Shown one piece after another: positions 26,301 to 29,919 of a stretch of 29,919 nt of DNA. The position numbers and the translations under genes are program-made. Numbering within the stretch: position 1 is the first letter of the stretch; the number at the start of each line of letters is the position of its first letter. Under the pieces are notes generated by a model that was given only the letters and a program-made list of their open reading frames with translations, did not search any database and was not told where the DNA came from. The stretch comes from a virus. Lineage: Duplodnaviria; Caudoviricetes. The stretch covers positions 1-29,919 of the IMG/VR virus record IMGVR_UViG_3300033076_000418. One strand, given 5' to 3'.

Positions 26301-27153
26301 AGACAATTGGATAGACATCAGTTGGGATGGATTAGCCAAACGTGTACAAACAGAAAATTTACAAGTAACGTTTAACAAAAAAGCACAACAAATTATGCCA
26401 TTTGATCTGGCTTGCGATGTTGTGGCTCAGGAAATTTACAGCGAACACAAAAAGTTGTACGTTACACTCAGTGGCGGCTGCGACAGCGAAAACGTTGCCA
26501 ACGCATTTTATAGAAACAACATACCGTTTACTCCGCTGATACTGATGTACGATCATGTTATGCACCGAGATCAACAGATTGAAAGTTGGTTTGCGTTTCA
26601 GTGGTGCAAAAATCACAATATAGAACCATTGGTGTTGAACTGTGGCACGTTGGTAAACTCTTTGAAAGAAAAAGAATCTTATCTAAGTATACGTCCAAGA
26701 TTATATTTTGGTAATACCACCAGCTTCTTGTTGGCGGAGCATATTAAAAATCTTGACGGGAAGTTAGTCACTGGCAGTCAGTTAGAATACTATCCGGACT
26801 ATGAGCAGATGACTTATCTTGAACCACAGTTAAAAGACTATGTAGGTTTTGTTATGGAAGAAAGCGATTACTATTTAGAGACCAATGTGCCAGACCAGCA
26901 TCCATGGGCATTTCATTACTGGAGCCCCGAAGTGTTGGCAGCGTTTGTCAATGAATGGGACACTGAGTTGACCATGCAAGAGAACAAGGCCAAAATTTAT
27001 AAGGTAACGCACCGACCAAAAATTGCTTACCCGCCTGATTTTCTATTACCAAGATTTGCATATAACCGAGACGCAATAAGCCGTCAATTCGGCACAATTG
27101 ACTGTGCGTTGTTAGGAACAAAACAATCGCTCCTGGAAAAACTTGTTAAATAA
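26290..27153 (+). CDS. PP-loop (adenine nucleotide alpha hydrolase) family protein
   Basis: LYVTLSGGCDS (SGGxDS). No QueC C-terminal Zn-cysteine cluster. Confidence 0.65.
   Translation: MLCKDNWIDISWDGLAKRVQTENLQVTFNKKAQQIMPFDLACDVVAQEIYSEHKKLYVTLSGGCDSENVANAFYRNNIPFTPLILMYDHVMHRDQQIESWFAFQWCKNHNIEPLVLNCGTLVNSLKEKESYLSIRPRLYFGNTTSFLLAEHIKNLDGKLVTGSQLEYYPDYEQMTYLEPQLKDYVGFVMEESDYYLETNVPDQHPWAFHYWSPEVLAAFVNEWDTELTMQENKAKIYKVTHRPKIAYPPDFLLPRFAYNRDAISRQFGTIDCALLGTKQSLLEKLVK
27145..27152 (+). promoter_or_regulatory. Late promoter-like GTTAAATA upstream of the queD leader
   Basis: TAAATA at 27147-27152, about 11 nt before the first leader stem. It overlaps the upstream stop codon. Confidence 0.5.
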
Positions 27154-27162
27154 CTCTTTACA

Positions 27163-27228
27163 CAGCGGCCTGTCCGGCATCATCCCGCTTTACAAACTCT
27201 GCTGCCTATGCTACAATATCATAGGAGG
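27163..27228 (+). promoter_or_regulatory. Candidate riboswitch-like leader (H-type pseudoknot plus SD-sequestering hairpin)
   Basis: AGCGG/CCGCT stem (27164-68/27185-89). Loop GGCA (27176-79) is complementary to TGCC (27203-06). CCTATG/CATAGG hairpin (27205-10/27220-25) overlaps SD AGGAGG (27223-28). Confidence 0.55.
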
Positions 27229-27234
27229 ACAATT

Positions 27235-27732
27235 ATGCAACCTGTAGTTTACAAATATACAAGCACCAAAGAATATCACGACGCATTTCCATGTGCGTAC
27301 AGACAGTGGCGTGCTGATAGTCATTGCAACTTAATTCACGGTTACTCGTTTAGTATGAAGTTCTATTTTGGAACCAATGACTTGGACGTTCGTAACTGGG
27401 CAGCTGACTATGGCGGACTTAAAGAGTTAAAGAGAACTTTAGAAGATCAATTTGACCACACTTTGATTGTGGCAGCTGATGATCCAGAAATGGAAACATA
27501 CAAACTGCTAGAAGCAAAGAAGATGGCAAAAATTGTTGTGCTACCAAAACTAGGCTGTGAAGGTCTGTCTGACATGCTTTACAAATATGTCAATGGCGTT
27601 TACATTCCAGAAATGTGGGGGCCCGGTGAAGCACAACGATTGTGGTGTTATCGTGTAGAAGTACGTGAAACACAAAGCAACATGGCTTTCCGAGAGGGCC
27701 ATCGCGAATGGAATGAGGATCTGTTCGCATAA
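27235..27732 (+). CDS. queD: 6-pyruvoyl/6-carboxy-tetrahydropterin synthase family (QueD/PTPS)
   Basis: FPCAYRQWRADSHCNLIHGY, DYGGLK, FDHT, GCEGLS, VEVRET. Start ATG 27235 with AGGAGG SD. Confidence 0.85.
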   Translation: MQPVVYKYTSTKEYHDAFPCAYRQWRADSHCNLIHGYSFSMKFYFGTNDLDVRNWAADYGGLKELKRTLEDQFDHTLIVAADDPEMETYKLLEAKKMAKIVVLPKLGCEGLSDMLYKYVNGVYIPEMWGPGEAQRLWCYRVEVRETQSNMAFREGHREWNEDLFA

Positions 27733-27755
27733 TTTGTCAATATAAAGGAGTACCC

Positions 27756-28400
27756 ATGTTAGACAAAATTTTAGCCGGCGTAGACCGTGCATTAGCGTAT
27801 AAGTTGATGTTGGCACACATCATCATCATTGCAATTTCAAATTACATTGTTCAGTTCAAGATTGACGTTGCAGGAAACCCACTGTCCATTGCGGCGTTTA
27901 CATTCCCATTGGTAGTTGTGCTAACAGACTTAACTGTTCGCTTGATTGGTAAACAAACAGGTCGTGCTGTTATTGGGCTAGCATTCGTTCCGGCTATCAT
28001 TGTTAGTGTTCTAGTAGTGTTGGCAGGTGGTGCTCCAGAATCAGTTGCATTCCGCATTGGTTTGGGTTCAGGTGTTGCTTACTTTGTGAGTAACTTGTTA
28101 GACGTTTATGTGTTCCAATACTTCCGTGACAAGTATGCACAAACATGGTACATTGCACCAACGCTGAGTGCTATTGCGTCAACTTTCATTGACACATACT
28201 CATTCTTCTTTGTTGCTTTTGCCGGCGGTGCAGATGAGTTCATGGCTGCAAATTGGCACATTGTTGCTACCAACAATTCAATCAGCAAGTTAATCATTAG
28301 CTTGGCAGTTATCTTGCCAGCATATGGCATGTTGCTTAACTACATTCAGAAGCACGTTGTTCGTGAAGACGATGCCAACGTTGTAAAATCTGGAAACTAA
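27756..28400 (+). CDS. yhhQ: VUT-family preQ0/preQ1 (7-deazaguanine) transporter
   Basis: Multiple TM helices; SNYIVQ, FTFP...TDLTVR..G, RI...S..AY....LLDVYVF, WYIAP, IDT..FF.VAF. AAGGAG SD. Confidence 0.88.
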   Translation: MLDKILAGVDRALAYKLMLAHIIIIAISNYIVQFKIDVAGNPLSIAAFTFPLVVVLTDLTVRLIGKQTGRAVIGLAFVPAIIVSVLVVLAGGAPESVAFRIGLGSGVAYFVSNLLDVYVFQYFRDKYAQTWYIAPTLSAIASTFIDTYSFFFVAFAGGADEFMAANWHIVATNNSISKLIISLAVILPAYGMLLNYIQKHVVREDDANVVKSGN

Positions 28401-28409
28401 GAGGATACA

Positions 28410-29240
28410 ATGACACCAGAGTTTGATATAGCTATTTTGTTGCCCACACGTGGTCGGGCAGATATGTTGGAACGCAGCATCAAGAGTTTGATAGAACTTG
28501 CAGATGACTCAAGTCGAATTCAACTTATGTTTGGATTTGACAACGACGATGACGTTGGTACTAAACACTTTGAAGAAGTTGTTCAACCTTGGTTAGATGA
28601 ACATGATGTTAACTACACAGCCATGTCGTTTGAACCACTGGGCTATATCAGACTCAATGAATACGTCAACGAGCTTGCTAGAAACAGTGATGCTCGTTGG
28701 CTGGTATTCTGGAATGATGACGCTGTGATGGAAACACAGAGTTGGGACACAGAGATCATGAAGTGGGATGGGCAGTTTAAGTTGCTGGCTTTCCGCACAC
28801 ACAATTTGCATCCATACTCAATCTTCCCTATTGTACCACGCAAGTGGCTAGACTTATTGGGCTATTTGAGCCCTCACCAAATTTCTGATGCATGGCTAAG
28901 CCAACAGGCATTCATGCTCAATATCATGGAACGTATTCCTGTTGATGTGTTACATGATCGTCATGATCTCACTGGTAACAACAACGACGAAACGTTTGCC
29001 AACAGACCCATGCTGGAAGGCAATCCACTAGACCCAGATGACTTCCACAGCACAAAACAAAGTGAAATACGTCATACAGACTGTGCCAAGATTGCAAGTT
29101 ATCTTGAAAAGGAGATGGGTATCAGCATGAAGTTCTTTGCAGACATCTTCCGAGGTACACAAGACCCTTGGGAAAAACTCAAAGAGTTTGATGTAAACAA
29201 ACAAATGGTACAGTTTAAAAATCCACATGGCCCAAAATAA
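28410..29240 (+). CDS. GT-A (family 2-like) glycosyltransferase
   Basis: IAILLPTRGR, FGFDNDD, VFWNDDA (DxD-like), SDAWL, HDRH. Confidence 0.8.
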   Translation: MTPEFDIAILLPTRGRADMLERSIKSLIELADDSSRIQLMFGFDNDDDVGTKHFEEVVQPWLDEHDVNYTAMSFEPLGYIRLNEYVNELARNSDARWLVFWNDDAVMETQSWDTEIMKWDGQFKLLAFRTHNLHPYSIFPIVPRKWLDLLGYLSPHQISDAWLSQQAFMLNIMERIPVDVLHDRHDLTGNNNDETFANRPMLEGNPLDPDDFHSTKQSEIRHTDCAKIASYLEKEMGISMKFFADIFRGTQDPWEKLKEFDVNKQMVQFKNPHGPK

Positions 29241-29241
29241 C

Positions 29242-29919
29242 ATGACACAAAATATCGAAGACAAAATTCGCCGTTACTGGAATTCACAGCCCTGTAACAT
29301 CAAACACGGCCAAAGTGAAATTGGCACACCAGAGTTCTTTCGCGAAGTGAGCGAACGTAGATATAGAGTAGAACCACACATTGCAGAGTTTGCAGGTTTT
29401 CACTTGTGGGCCGGCAAGCGTGTTCTAGAAATTGGCTGCGGCATTGGTTCGGATGCTGAAGAGTTTGCCAAAGCCGGTGCTGAATATGTGGGCATTGACC
29501 TTAGTGAACAAAGTGTGATCTTGAGTCGCAACCGTTTCAATGTACTGGGTCTAGAAGGAGAATTCCATGTCAAAGATGCCAGCAAGAGTTTTGCTGATCT
29601 TGGCCAGTTTGATCTTGTTTATAGCTATGGTGTGATTCACCACTTTCCTGGAATCGAAACTATCATCGACAATGTTCGAGAAGTTTTAGTACCCGGAGGC
29701 GAGTTCCGCTTTATGGTATACGCTAAGAACTCCTGGAAGTATGCTATGATCCAAAAGGGACTGGATCAGTTTGAAGCACAAGCAGGTTGTCCTTACGCAC
29801 AGGCTTTCTCAAAAGATGAAATACATCACCTTTTAGCGGATGGTTGGCACATTGAGAGGTTGCGTCAAGACCACTGTTTCATGTACAATGTAGATGCATA
29901 CAAAGCAGGGCGTTATGAA
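29242..29919 (+). CDS. Class I SAM-dependent methyltransferase (3'-truncated, absent from the ORF track)
   Basis: Open frame from ATG 29242 to the window end: MTQNIEDKIRRYW...KRVLEIGCGIGSD...GIDLS...FDLVYSYGVIHH...VLVPGGEF. Confidence 0.9.
   Translation, partial: MTQNIEDKIRRYWNSQPCNIKHGQSEIGTPEFFREVSERRYRVEPHIAEFAGFHLWAGKRVLEIGCGIGSDAEEFAKAGAEYVGIDLSEQSVILSRNRFNVLGLEGEFHVKDASKSFADLGQFDLVYSYGVIHHFPGIETIIDNVREVLVPGGEFRFMVYAKNSWKYAMIQKGLDQFEAQAGCPYAQAFSKDEIHHLLADGWHIERLRQDHCFMYNVDAYKAGRYE

Noticed and set aside
26290-27153. Calling the PP-loop protein QueC
   Set aside because: Only SGGxDS matches; YGQ, VPxRN, YPDC and the C-terminal Zn cysteines are absent.
27163-27206. Calling the leader a canonical preQ1-I riboswitch
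   Set aside because: The loop is longer, lacks the usual U-rich start, and P2 does not pair with the SD itself; kept only as a candidate.
1-29919. Stop-codon recoding, eukaryotic giant virus origin, CRISPR arrays, tRNAs or IS elements
   Set aside because: Genes are intact under code 11, SD sites and sigma70 promoters indicate a bacterial host, and no repeat-spacer arrays, cloverleafs or transposases were seen by eye.

Overview
A ~30 kb gene-dense segment of a large T4-like (Tevenvirinae-style or jumbo) dsDNA tailed bacteriophage. It uses standard genetic code 11, and nearly all genes lie on the + strand with coupled ATGA/TTGA overlaps. The left part (1-9.1 kb) has TAAATA late-promoter-like elements. 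They precede putative head-packaged proteins with T4 capsid-targeting-like N-termini, a Dps ferritin and glycan-tailoring enzymes. A sigma70-type promoter at 9119 starts a replication block: DsbA/GapR-like protein, family B DNA polymerase and sliding clamp. This runs directly into a large base-modification locus containing a DpdA/TGT-like transglycosylase, a cluster-less QueE-like protein, two divergent QueD/T-fold proteins, FolE, a YhhQ transporter, GT-B and GT-A glycosyltransferases, GalE, a DegT aminotransferase, a HIT hydrolase, a Rieske oxygenase, a PP-loop ATPase and methyltransferases. The best candidates for novel biology are (1) a non-canonical, possibly glycosylated 7-deazaguanine (or pterin-like) DNA modification pathway, (2) a riboswitch-like pseudoknot leader upstream of queD-yhhQ, (3) an unidentified three-way-junction RNA at 9038-9108, and (4) protease-processed modular virion cargo proteins including an ADP-ribosyltransferase-fold domain. 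All calls come from motif recognition by eye; no database searches were run.
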